NCBI GenBank assembly: GCA_951406725.2 | Contig: OX597820.1 | Location: 72,788,001 to 72,852,000, forward strand | Length of the DNA stretch: 64,000 bases | From: Octopus vulgaris | Taxonomy: Eukaryota | Direction: 5' to 3' | In this document: one piece after another, positions 13,239 to 25,402 of the stretch | Numbering within the stretch: position 1 is the first letter of the stretch | How the letters are laid out: each line of letters begins with the position of its first letter | Translations under genes and position numbers: made by a program | The notes under the pieces: generated by a model | What the model was told of the DNA's origin: nothing | Databases searched by the model: none | The model's input: only the letters and a program-made list of their open reading frames with translations

Positions 13239-13277
<39 letters not shown>

Positions 13278-13278
<1 letters not shown>

Positions 13279-13555
13279 TTATAATTTTTTTGCAGAGTTA
13301 ATTCTATTTCAATTTTAATAGAATTTAATGACAAACTGGTTGATATACAATCAAAAATAGTCAGACAAAATATTTATTCAGTTCTTTAGGCAAGAAGAAA
13401 ACACGAAATAAGTTAGTGTTATGAAGTTCAGATTAGGTATGGGTTTTTGGTGCCATGGTTTTTGAAGTTGACACACATACAGATAGTGACAGCTCAGCAC
13501 TTCGTTGCCTGCAGTATAAACAATAGACAGAATGGGAGTGCAACTCATAATCAGA
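13278..13555. repeat. Unclassified dispersed repeat; second copy at ~29497-29753
   Basis: CAGAGTTAATTCTATTTCAATTTTAA...GACAGAATGGGAGTGCAA shared; both copies directly follow a microsatellite. Confidence 0.8.
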
Positions 13556-13594
13556 CGTATGCACTCATGGATATTAATGTATACGTAGTCTAGA

Positions 13595-13638
<44 letters not shown>

Positions 13639-13814
13639 CATTGTCACATACGCATACGTATATAGATGTATAAATATTATAAATGTTATATGGAAATGAC
13701 TGCGTTTGCGTATGTGTGAGGAAGAGAGTGTGAGCATATACATACATACATACATATATACATACAAACATACATACATACATACATACATACATACATA
13801 CATACATACATACA

Positions 13815-13845
<31 letters not shown>

Positions 13846-14029
13846 GAATGTATGCAAACATATGTATATGCAAATGTACATAGATTTATTCCCATATGTT
13901 CTCGTAGAAAGCCAGATACCTATCCGTACGCACATGCACACACATGCACACATATATATGCATATATGTATATACATACACACACACATATACATATATA
14001 TACATACATATACATATATATACATACAT

Positions 14030-14062
<33 letters not shown>

Positions 14063-14104
14063 CATATATATATACATATATATATACATACATACATACA
14101 TACA

Positions 14105-14136
<32 letters not shown>

Positions 14137-14227
14137 ATACATATATACGTACATGCATACATACTTACATACATACACACATACATATACATACATACAT
14201 ATGTATATATACATAATTGTTAAACGC

Positions 14228-14297
<70 letters not shown>

Positions 14298-14467
14298 GAG
14301 AGAGTGAGAGAGAAAGAAAGAGTGGGTATGTGAGAGACAGAAGGAGATGATGTACAACTTTGTTTAATCATGTATCTTTGACAGAAATTCCTGTGGCCAA
14401 CATACTGAACCAGCATACTGAACAGTATCATTTTTGTTATATTTTTTGCTTTCTTTAATACATACAT

Positions 14468-14511
<44 letters not shown>

Positions 14512-15068
14512 CCACACACACACACATATTTATATAATACACTTCAATTGAAATACAGTTTCCCCATAATTAAACATATCTAATAAATGTGAATGTCAGC
14601 GTGTCACATTTTCGACTTTAATAGATCCTTTCTATTGGAAGCAAAATGCCTCAAATATTGGGGAAGGGATTAAGTCAATTACATCGACCCCAGTACTAAT
14701 TTTTTTGATCCCAAAAGGATAAAAGGTAAATCGACCTCGGCGGAATTTGAACTCAAAACATGACGGCGGACGAAACCTTTCGTCGGGTGTGCTAAGGACT
14801 CTGCCAACTCGCTGCCTTAATATAATAGAATAATATAATATAGTAAATGTGAATGTCAGTGTGTCACACTATTTAAACTTTACTCCTAGAAGCCGTAGCC
14901 CAACATATCTTACCATGTTGGTAAAAAGACCGATAGAATAAGTACTAGGCTTAGAATAATTACTAGGCTTAGAATAAGTCATGGGGTCGATCTGCTCGAC
15001 TAAAGGTGGTGCTCCAGCATGGCTGCAGTCAAATGACTGAAACAAGTAAGAGTAGAGTATGCTGTATG

Positions 15069-15239
15069 CACTAGCGTAGCTAGAATGTGTGCCGCCTGGA
15101 GCGGCCCTTCCGTTTGCCGACCCCGGACCCCACAAAAATGCGTATTGCCTACAGTAGACCCCAAAATGGTGCCCCTTTAAAAGTACCACCCGGGGCGGAC
15201 CGACTCACCCCACCACCACCACCACCAGCTACGCTAGTG
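15069..15239. mobile_element. hAT-like MITE (171 bp)
   Basis: Perfect 13-bp TIR CACTAGCGTAGCT/AGCTACGCTAGTG; degenerate 8-bp TSD GCTGTATG/ACTATATG. Confidence 0.75.
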
Positions 15240-15299
15240 ACTATATGGAAAACGAAACATGGGAGGCGAGTGTATGGTGTTGTTTTGCATTTGTGTGTA

Positions 15300-15834
15300 A
15301 AATTGTGAATTTATTTCAAGCCCTGCAATGTCGCCCAAACTTTCTGCACCCGCTAAGGCTTCTGGCAGTGAACCCAAGCGCCAGAGGAAGATGCTTACTA
15401 TAGCAGAGAAAGTGAGACTCCTCAACATGCTTAAGGAAGGGAGAAGGTATGCGGATGTAAGCCGCCAAAAGAACTTCAGAGAATGGCGCAAGATTGGGAC
15501 CCCCAGATGACACGTGCGTTGCAGTTCAGAAATGCAATCGACGGAGCCATGGAAATTTATAAAAAAAACCTCCCTATACAGAAGAAAACGCAGCGCCAAC
15601 AACTGCCCATCACTATGTTTCTCACCCGCAAAAAAAGGGGAGATACAGGTACTCCTAAGAGTGTAGAGAGAGTTTATAAAAGGTTAAATATATAAAAATG
15701 ATAAAATAAATGTAAACAAATTATAAAAATAATAATAATAAATATGCAGTACAGTACTGTTTGTACTTTGCGGAATTTTCACCTATTGCGGGGTGTTTTT
15801 GAACGTAACACCCGCGATAGTCGAGGGATAACTG
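15300..15834 (+). mobile_element. Internally deleted pogo/Tigger-like transposon
   Basis: N-terminal HTH KRQRKMLTIAEKVRLLNMLKEGRRYADVSR abuts C-terminal DWDPQMTRALQF..QQLPITMF; right end CGAGGGATAACTG+TA at 15834; left TIR not found. Confidence 0.75.
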
Positions 15835-16026
15835 TATATATTTATATACATAGAGAAAGTGGGAGAGAGAGAGAGAGAGAGATACTTTCAAACTTACACA
15901 CTCACAGAAACACATTTATGTAAAAACATACGCTAGAGAATACTTTTGTGTATACTTTTGCCAAATAATTATATGCATATGTCTGCCTGTATGTGTGTGC
16001 ATGTGTATGTGCGTGTGTGTTTGTGC

Positions 16027-16092
<66 letters not shown>

Positions 16093-16276
16093 ATGTGTGT
16101 GTGTGTACTGCTTTGACTACCCTATCTCATTTTATTATACCCAATAATGATTATAACACCTTAGAAACTCGTTCAACGAACCGGAACTGATGACAAACCC
16201 AGAACAAAACCACCGGGCACAATTCTACGAAAATACATTTTTAATAAATATGGTTAAAACGTGTTTACATACATAC

Positions 16277-16960
16277 TGAGTTGTCCGATAAATCCGTTCG
16301 TTTCTTTCCAATATTATTTTTATTGTAGTGTCTTATAGGGTTTTTTGTAGCTCTATTCTCCTTCTGCCACTTTTGCTTATCGCTTTTGCAATTTGAATAT
16401 ATTATGGAGATGTACTTGCATAGCGAGTGACTTGATCTGAGATCGTGTGCAAGAACGAAAACAATTGCAGCGTGGAAGGTGTTTATAAGCCATTTAAGAA
16501 ACACACAAAACCGTTAGATTCACAACATTTAAATTTAATTTGTCAAAATATTTTCGTCGCTTTGAGACCGCGACCTGTTCACTGACAAAAGCTTTGTGTG
16601 TTTCTTAAATGGCTTATAAACACCTTCCACGCTGCAATTGTTAATTTGAATATAATTTTACCTCTTTCCAGATATATGACGAAGGAGTAGCAAGCAGGAA
16701 AGCAAATGAGCCTTTTCGACATCTGCTTCTCTTCGCATTCACTCAAGGCTCCAATGCTTCCAAAGCCACACGGGGAAAGTGCCGTTACTGAAGGAAATAC
16801 ATAGAAATGTTTTGCGCGCTTCAAAGAAAGGAAATTCGACCTCAGATTCTCTGCGCTCCGATCGACCTGTTCAGTTCAATAAGAATCGATTTAACAGGAT
16901 CTGCGCCAGTTCACAGAGGAATTAGTCCAGCAGATGGTACTTTTTGGTTATCTCATCCCC
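16277..16960 (+). mobile_element. 5' remnant of a mariner transposon, interrupted by a foldback fragment
   Basis: Translation FRHLLLFAFTQGSNASKAT..CFARFKERKFDL..RSDRPVQF matches the mariner N-terminal HTH. Confidence 0.65.
16539..16589 (-). ncRNA. Minimal hammerhead motif with G3-C8 core variant
   Basis: TTTGTCA-GTGAACA-G-GTCGC(9)GCGAC-GAAA-ATAT-TT-TGACAAA: 7-bp stem I, 5-bp stem II, palindromic stem III. Confidence 0.65.
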
Positions 16961-16984
16961 ATTAAAAAATTGCCATTAAAAAAG

Positions 16985-17410
16985 TAGGTTATCGGATCTT
17001 TTCGGTTTGACCGGCAGTTTTTAACATAATTTCTAGGTAACTAAAAAAATTTTAACTTCGTATACTGGTAGAATGTGTTTATAAAATATCTTTTTCTCTT
17101 GGCTTTATTGAGAAAATTCTATAGTTTGTAAGATATTTGGTCTTTAATTTCTTGCATCTCGGCAATTTCAACCAATCAATGACCGTCTATTGAAGTGAAA
17201 ACATTCTGTGCCGTATGAATATGTCCCTCGTTTAAGAAACAGATTGGGTTTATTTACATTTGTGAAGAAAAAAAGATACCCTCCCCCCCACCCCTAACCC
17301 TAATTAACCCTAAATCTAAAATAGATTGAAATGCAATAGATCGATTCTAGGGTCATAATTATGGGTGACAATTTCATATGACACCGCCAGAAAAAAACGG
17401 CAGTTTAGGG
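16985..17410. mobile_element. Unclassified element with CCCTAA/TTAGGG motifs
   Basis: CCCTAACCCTAA at ~17292-17312 and TTAGGGTTAG at ~17405-17425; composition distinct from flanks. Confidence 0.35.
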
Positions 17411-17429
17411 TTAGTTAGGATTAGGGAAA

Positions 17430-18009
17430 AAATAGAAAACAGGGAAGTAAACACAGAGAAAGAACCCTTCATCAGTTGTGTGCTGTCTACCTACTCATCA
17501 TTTCGAGCATTCAATGACAATATGAATCATCAAAGACAGTTGCTCCCATAAATTCTAAAATAAGATTTAGGATTTATGGAGGGTCAAAGTTGGAAACAAA
17601 ATCATGACAGTGGAGACATACAAGGAAATCGAACGAAAACAAACATGGAGGGTCGTTAGACCAGAATGAGAGGAAATTAATGAACGCCGTAAGAAATTTT
17701 TTTTTTGCAAGAGAAAATATAGAAGAGAGAGCAAAAAAAAAGTCCGTTCTTTTGAACGTCCATGCAAGAAAAGAAAGATGGTCACGTGAGGAAATCCTAA
17801 ATTTTATTTTAGAGTTTATGAGAGCAACTGTCTTTGAAGACTCATATTGTCGTTGAATTCTCGAATGGAGGAGCCGTCAACAGATGAAGGGTCTTTTCTC
17901 TGTTTTTACTTGTCCTGTTCTCCATTTTTTCTCATTGTTTACATATTCAACTCGTTTGTTTGCGTATTTCATATAGATTGAACCGCTGGTGACGTCCTGT
18001 AGCCATATA

Positions 18010-18010
<1 letters not shown>
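17430..18010. mobile_element. Inverted pair of a dispersed repeat (minus copy ~17430-17690, plus copy ~17790-18010); third copy 20940-21265(-)
   Basis: 17450-17576 is the imperfect reverse complement of 17792-17910. Confidence 0.7.
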
Positions 18011-18073
<63 letters not shown>

Positions 18074-18271
18074 TAATTAAGGGTTAAATGCAACACGTTG
18101 CTCAAAACCACATACCGAAAATATTAGAAATATTTGAGCAACTTGTTGCATTTAACCCTTAATTATAATTATTATAACCCTTACCAAATATGGTCTTTTC
18201 CATACCGATAAATCTACTAGGTGAAATTGATTAATTTTATTAAATTAATTATATTCCACCCTTTATTGCAT

Positions 18272-18309
<38 letters not shown>

Positions 18310-18318
18310 GAGAAATAG

Positions 18319-18466
<148 letters not shown>

Positions 18467-18712
18467 TCGAGCAAGGCACTTTATTTCACGTTGCTCCAGT
18501 TCACTCAGCTGTAGAAATGGGTTGCGACGTCACTGGTGCCAAGCTGTATCGACCTTTGTCTTTCCCTTGGATAACACTGGTGGCGTGGAGAGGGGAGGCT
18601 GGTATGCATGGGCGACTGCTGGCCTTCCATAAACAACCTTGCCCGGACTTGTATCTAGGAAGGTAACTTTCTAGGTGCAATCCCATGGTCATTCATGACC
18701 GAAGGGGGTCTT

Positions 18713-18780
<68 letters not shown>

Positions 18781-18819
18781 TATATATTATTTACTATTTA
18801 TTACTATTTTTGATGTACA

Positions 18820-18945
18820 TACATACAAAAATATCCTGTTGTCGATGTTGAAATTCTAATGAAGGAATCTTCGATCTAGGTTAGAATCCGGGTCTTTCTC
18901 TATTGGCAAGAAATCTTGAAATAAAACTGAATAATGACATACACA
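18820..18945. repeat. Short (CATA)n-associated repeat; inverted copy at ~25115-25235
   Basis: TATTGGCAAG.AATCTTGAAATAAAACTGAATAATGACATAC shared. Confidence 0.7.
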
Positions 18946-19033
18946 TAAATGTGTATCGTCAGTGGATCATGTATCCGAAAAGGAAGCACACTCTAAAAGT
19001 TGGAGCAGTAATGTATTTACACGAGGTTGAACA

Positions 19034-19100
<67 letters not shown>

Positions 19101-19123
19101 AATAGATAGATAGATAGATAGAG

Positions 19124-19248
<125 letters not shown>

Positions 19249-19278
19249 CGCAATCATTCCTGCGCGCACGTGTAAACA

Positions 19279-20490
19279 CGAAGGCTGTACCGGAAGTAAT
19301 ATAACTGGTCATAATTTTTTTTTCTCTTCATTGCCAGTGGTCATTGAAATTGCACTTGTTCATAAACTAACTCTTCTTCTGCAGTAACTCTTTTTCTTCT
19401 TTTTTTATTATAGATAATATTGGATCTCATGCAGAAGCAATGTACAGTCATTGAGTTTTTAACGAAGAAAGAATACAAGGCGGTCTGACTTCCACTGGAG
19501 GCTAAAAGTTGCTCACAAAGACGACGATATCATTGAGAAGAGCGTTGTACAAAGATGGATGAACGAGTATAAAGAAGGGAAAGCTAGCACCGAAAACAAA
19601 CCTCTGCGTTCACAGTGCCTTACATTGTGCTCACAATACATTGCAGAGGACGGTGGAAGACTTTAAGTACTAAAAATTGTGTGGAAACTGGTTATCTCGG
19701 CAGTTGACCCTTAATTTAAAGTAGAGAAAGATGGGTAGTCTCCTTTGATCTGATGGAAACGTTTGAAGCTAATGAAAGCACGTCTTTTTTTTTCTGTATT
19801 CTTTTCTTTCCTTTTTTTTGTGACAGGAAATTAAACGTGAGCATAGCTTTAAGATCCCGAATCGAGGGCTCAATCCGTGGGATAGACCACGAAGTTCAAG
19901 AGCCAGCGATCGGCTTCGAAATCAGAGTGACTGTTTGATGGCATGGCAAGGACTTCATTTTTCTTGCTTCTCTGTGACGTTGCTGTACTGTGAACAGCGT
20001 GTGTTACACTGAGACACTTGAAACACTTAAAAAAGCTATTATTTACAAGAGACCAAGCAAAAATTTGAAATTATGGCAATGCATATCAATACAAATTTTT
20101 GGCAACAAATCAGGCAATCGACAAATTGGGCTGCTCAATGGTCCATCGCCAGTCACACAGCCCTAGACCTGGCGCCCGTTAAAATCCGTCTGTTCTATAT
20201 ATATAAAAGTCAGTCTTCGGGGACAACGATTTGATGACACAGATAAGGTGAAAGCGACTGTGAATAGGTGGATACAACAGTTTTACACCTGATTTTTTTT
20301 TTCCAAAAATGGGTTTCACAAGATTGGTTCATCGATAGCGCTAATGTATTATATGCAATGGAAACTATGTTGAGTGGTGTCTTTTTGTAGAGGAAGAGTT
20401 ACCCTACGCACATGTGATATTTGAACGCGTTGTATATCAGTTAAAAAAAATGTTACGTCCACTTTTGTATTACTTCCGATATAACCCACG
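19279..20490 (+). mobile_element. Degenerate full-length mariner (DD34D) transposon
   Basis: Imperfect TIRs containing CGGAAGTAATA; remnants KQCTVIEFLT, VQRWMNEYKEG, DLAP, LRGQRFDD, CIICNGNYVE. Confidence 0.8.
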
Positions 20491-20606
20491 TATATATACA
20501 GGTTTAGTTTTGCCTGTAAACTGCTAAGAATACCATATCACTTTGGGTATGCATTTTCACACTGAACAAAATGTCGGTGGGATCTAACGAAGGACTTGTT
20601 TAAACA

Positions 20607-20712
20607 ATCACCTGAGGAGGCACATTTTACTCATTGGATAGATCATAAGGATTAGACAGCATCTCATCAATGTACTACAGGTGTAAACATGTGTCGAAAC
20701 AATTGTAGTAAT
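20607..20712 (+). ncRNA. Minimal hammerhead motif with long loop II
   Basis: ATCAC-CTGAGGA-GGCACAT..ATGTGTC-GAAA-CAATTG-TA-GTAAT; palindromic stem III ACAATTGT; GUA triplet ending 20707. Confidence 0.7.
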
Positions 20713-20758
20713 TTTAAATAGTGTTGTTCATTCCATTTTCTATCATTTCTCTCCCCCC

Positions 20759-20804
<46 letters not shown>

Positions 20805-20805
20805 T

Positions 20806-20919
<114 letters not shown>

Positions 20920-21265
20920 TACTATATATATACATACATATATATAAATGCATGTATGGATACAAGACGTCACCAACGGTGCCTATAACATGAAATACGT
21001 AAACAACGAGAAAAAAATGGAAAACAGGACAAGTTAACACAGAGAAAGGACCCTTCATCAGTTGTCAGCTGTCTATCTACTCCCCATTTCGAGCATTCAA
21101 CGACAATATGAGACTTCAAAGACAGTTACTCCTATAAATTCTAAAATAAAATTTAGGGTTTATGGAGGGTCAAAGTTGGGAACAAAAACATGACACTGGA
21201 GTCGTACAAGGAAACCGAACGAAAACAAACATGGAGGGGCGTTAGACCAGAACGAGTGAAAAATA

Positions 21266-22972
21266 CGGATTCAGATAGAATCACGTACTTCGAAAGATAT
21301 GCGCCAATACTTATTCTCGTATCGGCTGCTCTGTATATCCCAAGCAACGCTTACATGACCACTATTCTTCCTTTAAATTAAGACATAGGGCAGGCAGGAC
21401 TTGTCTAGCCGCGAAAATCTGGGAACACAAGGACGACAATGTTAAATTTGATTTGAGCTGGTACATCATTAGGGTCACTAAACCGTACTCAAACAGCAAA
21501 TACAGGTCAAGGCTCTGCTGGATGGAGCTGTTTGAAATTTTAAAGAGATCAAATAGTAAAAATCTAATAAATAATAAACTAGATCTTCGCCTTGCCTCTC
21601 TACATAAGGCTACCCGTGCCTTTAAATATTTTAAGGACATTAAACTACTTCTATAATAGCTCCTAAACTAGGGCCAATCTAATTTACTCCCTCTGTTATT
21701 GACCTAAAAGTCGACTTATCTGCTCAGTTGTCTGAGTCCTTCTAGTCTCGTTCTTCTCTACAATTACTTCCTCACCACTCTTACTATATTGCATGGTATG
21801 CTATATTGAAGGAACTAACCATTCTCTTTGTGGTGTACCCAGCATTATGCATTAGCGATAGCAAAAATATCCAACCTAAAAGTAGCAGCCTGCACACCCT
21901 TGCCAGTTCTTTTCCAATCTCCACTAAGTAATCCTTATACCAAGATACAGTTATTTGTGCTGCACATGTTAAATAATAGATAGAACACACTATACAAACC
22001 TCTTATCTGCGACTATTGTCCGGAGTTGCATTACCTAATTCACACAACTGTGATTATACTATTTAATTAAATAATATCAACGCCACCTATGCAACATTCC
22101 AAAGTGTTAATCATAAGACTATTCCCTACTGCTAACTTTCTTTGATATCCGATCTGGTATTTCCTCTAACTTGGTACTAGGTATAGTTTAATAAGTAACC
22201 CCTGCTTTCTTTGAACTCCTTAATGATAAGTAGTACACTATTGTTACTACCAGGTATTTCCTCTCCAGGCAAATATGTCCTCATATTACAAGCGGTCTCC
22301 ACTATCCCTTATAACACATTCGTATCTAAAACAACACCCTACTTCTTTCCACTTTACCAGATAAAGCAACTACAATTCCTTAAAAGTTAGATCTTATTAT
22401 TCGATTGCCTTCGTACCCTTCCCCCAACTTTTGCCCTCTTCCCTTTGTTCTTTAGCCTTAGCTAGCGAATCCCAAACCCCGACCCTATACCTAATTGACT
22501 TTATTTATTCATTTGTGTTTCTTCACTTTTACTTTCTGCTTTCTTTATTCTTTATCCTTACTTTATCTTCTGTTCTCTCTCAGCTACCGACTCCTCTAAG
22601 CCTAGCATAATAAAATATCACCTACACCCCATCTCTACCCTATCAAAGAACCAGTCTAGCTGACTCCTATTTCAGTCGGATTGCTCACCTTAAATATCAT
22701 ATTACACCCGTTCCCAAACTATATTCTCAGCCTAATTCCACCCGCCAATGCCCACAACGGCCAATTTTGTTGGTCATTCTCCCATTTCATGGTTAGCCTC
22801 GACAAACTTTAGCCTCGTTCCTGCTGTGTTCTTGGGGGTATTCTTTTTGCTTCATCTGATGATTACGGTTTTTTGTAATGAAGTAATGTTCTTGTTCTTC
22901 TATTAAAAAATGTGTAAGAAACAGCTGTAATGAGCTGACAATTGTCTATCATCTGTTATTATTCATTTGATT
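21266..22972 (+). mobile_element. 5'-truncated Penelope-like element: GIY-YIG endonuclease C-terminus, long 3' region and terminal hammerhead
   Basis: Open frame 21279-21656 reads RIGCSVYPKQRLHDHYSSF..LAAKIWEHKDDNVKFDLSWYII..KPYSNSKYRSRLCWMELFEIL..LINNK, matching the PLE GIY-YIG pattern (YIG..K.R..H.SSF..IW..K..W.I..PY..C.LC..E). Confidence 0.75.
22851..22934 (+). ncRNA. Minimal hammerhead motif at the 3' end of the Penelope-like element
   Basis: TTCAT-CTGATGA-TTACG..TGTAA-GAAA-CAGCTG-TA-ATGAG; decayed paralogue at 33111-33195. Confidence 0.7.
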
Positions 22973-23326
22973 ACACACACACACACATGGGGATGCCACA
23001 TACATAATGTAGGTGCTGTAGGTGTTAATTATAAAGCTTTCCGACTGCAGTATTTCGTCCAGGTAAAGTCTCTTTCAGACGTCGAGTGTTAAAAAACACT
23101 GAATATGTCAAAGCCAGGTGAAACGAATCACCTCAGAGGTGAACGAGAACTGTGGATATCGATATTTCTTGGTGTTAATTCAGCTCATGTATGTATGTTG
23201 TGTGTGTGTGTGTGTGTGTGTGTGTGCAATAAATCACTTTAACTGTGAATCACGAAGCGGATACAGCTGTAAATAAAGTAATATGTTGTGTTTACAAAAT
23301 TAATTGGGAGGAAAGTGAACCTAAAG

Positions 23327-24219
23327 CAGTGATCCTCAACGTGGTTCATAACGCCTCTGACGGCCCACGATATTTTTCCCCCACGAAAGTTCCGAACCCC
23401 AGTAATGAACTCATTTGCATACAGCCAATCAGAGCTCACATTGACCTTTGTCAAGTTAACAAACACGCTCTATGAAGTAAACTCGACGAAGAACAGCGTT
23501 GTAAGTCGACCGATTGCCAAGTTATGCCTGATTTTAGGAGACAATTTATTAGATAGATTTTGCATCTATACCTATTGTCGGATTTTGTTAGGGACCCCAT
23601 ATGGTAAAGATGTAGATGGGGAAAATGTGGGTAGAGGGTGATGTGCTAGCAATCCTCTCCCCTTATTGTTTTACAAAGTAAACAACAACACGAATAACTA
23701 CGCAGAGACAGCCATGGTTGAAACAAGAACAAGAACAACAAGCATTATTAAAAGAGAATAGAAGCATGGTCATTCCTTACCCAAGTGACCTTATCTTATT
23801 GCCCATCACTTGTTATGCGCTCATAAATTAGTTTGATAGTTGAACTCTGATTGGCTGTATGCAAATGAGTTCGTTACTGGGGTCCGGAACTCTTGTGAGA
23901 AAAAAAATTCGTTGATGGCCCATGTAAGATTTAAAGGGCTGCGTGCAACAAAATAGTAAACTAGGGATCCACAATAGTATTTTAAGGGCCCCAAAAAATG
24001 TTGCTTTATATATATGTATTGTTATGCATTGTGAGAATCAGATAGGTTTCTTTCTCTAACATTTTACACAAGTTAATGTGTGAAAAATAAAATAGGAATT
24101 TTGGAAGAGGTTTCTGTAAAACCAGTTTTTAAACATTAAATGGCTATGGGGGTCTACCAGAATGAAATCGTATCTAAAGGGGTCAAAAGACAAAAAAATA
24201 AAATGGTTGAGAATATCTG
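23327..24219. mobile_element. Non-autonomous hAT element with nested MITE; related copies 43088-43348, 40744-40800, 61365-61575
   Basis: TIR CAGTGATCCTCAAC/GTTGAGAATATCTG; degenerate 8-bp TSD ACCTAAAG/GTCTAAAG. Confidence 0.75.
23367..23912. mobile_element. MULE-like MITE (546 bp) with ~70-bp TIRs
   Basis: TIRs 23367-23439 and 23841-23912; 9-bp TSD TGACGGCCC/TGATGGCCC. Confidence 0.7.
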
Positions 24220-24519
24220 GTCTAAAGCCACCTGTCGAACTTGAACTCTCATTTTCTGCATCAACGACTGTCATGCTAACCATTACCCAACCTCCAATGT
24301 ATACCTGTGTTTGTATGCATGTGTATTTGGACACGAAAGTGTGCATAAATAAGTGTTCAATATCCGTGTACGGTTTATACCCGAGATGAGAGAATGTTGA
24401 TCTGTACGTGTGTCGTACCGAAAGCTATAGAACCAAATTATGATTTATACCTAGCCTGAACTGCGTAACAATTACCTACTATATATATCCTCCAGCCCTT
24501 TCCTTTCTAACAGAATAAA

Positions 24520-24670
24520 AGGCGATCCTTCGATATTGGCCTACAGAGTGACGGTATGAGGAAACGACGACATTGGCTCTCCTTTTCAACCTAATAATCT
24601 ATGTGATGAGGGAAAGAAGGTTCTGTAGCTGAATGGCGTTGTGTACCAATACCGAAGGATTGCCGAATAA
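24520..24670 (+). promoter_or_regulatory. Candidate promoter region
   Basis: Unique CpG-retaining stretch with two ATTGG (reverse CCAAT) boxes at ~24534 and ~24572 and a YY1-like AATGGCG at ~24632; lies upstream of the CpG-depleted domain. Confidence 0.25.
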
Positions 24671-24938
24671 AAATTTCGTTTAATTAACCGTTATTTAGTC
24701 TGTGCTTAGATATCTCTTTAAATCGTGGTAGAAACAAATCTATAACAATTATGATGAAAATGATAAAAATGATAATAAAATGCTCTTGAAATATCGAGGA
24801 CTTTTATTTTGTATCGTCAAATCTTGTTCTCTCTCTTTCTTTCTCTCATTTTCTCTCTTCTCCTCTTCCTCTCCCCCTCTCTTTCGCGCTTTCTCTCTCT
24901 CTCTCATTCTCTCTCTCTCATTCTCTCCCTCCCCCCTC

Positions 24939-24999
<61 letters not shown>

Positions 25000-25363
25000 C
25001 TCTATCTATCTATCTATCTCTCCCGCGTGCGCTATCTCATAACACACACATATCGCGTGTGTGTGCCTATATGCGTGTGTATGTGTGTATGCATGCTTAT
25101 ACGTATACATGTATGTATGTCATTATTCAGTTTTATTTCAAGATTACTTGCCAATATAGAAAGAGCCGGTTTCTAACCAAGATTCAAAGCTCCTTCATTG
25201 GAATTTCAATATCAACAACAGGGTATTTTTGTTTGTTTGTTTGTATGTATGTATGTATGTATGTATGTATGTATGTATGTATGTATGTATGTATGTATGT
25301 ATGTGTGCATGCATGTATGTGTGCGTGTGCACATGTAAACGTGTTCACGTGCGAGCGATAGGC

Positions 25364-25402
<39 letters not shown>

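Noticed and set aside
11105-14542. Many long ORFs rich in H/T/Y/I or C/V/M/Y (also near 26650, 47700, 59900)
   Set aside because: Translations of (CA)/(TA)/(CATA) microsatellites that simply lack stop codons
14584-14868. 25-bp direct repeat as TSD of the intervening SINE B
   Set aside because: Repeats do not abut the SINE ends; more likely two fragments of another repeat, possibly Helitron 5' ends
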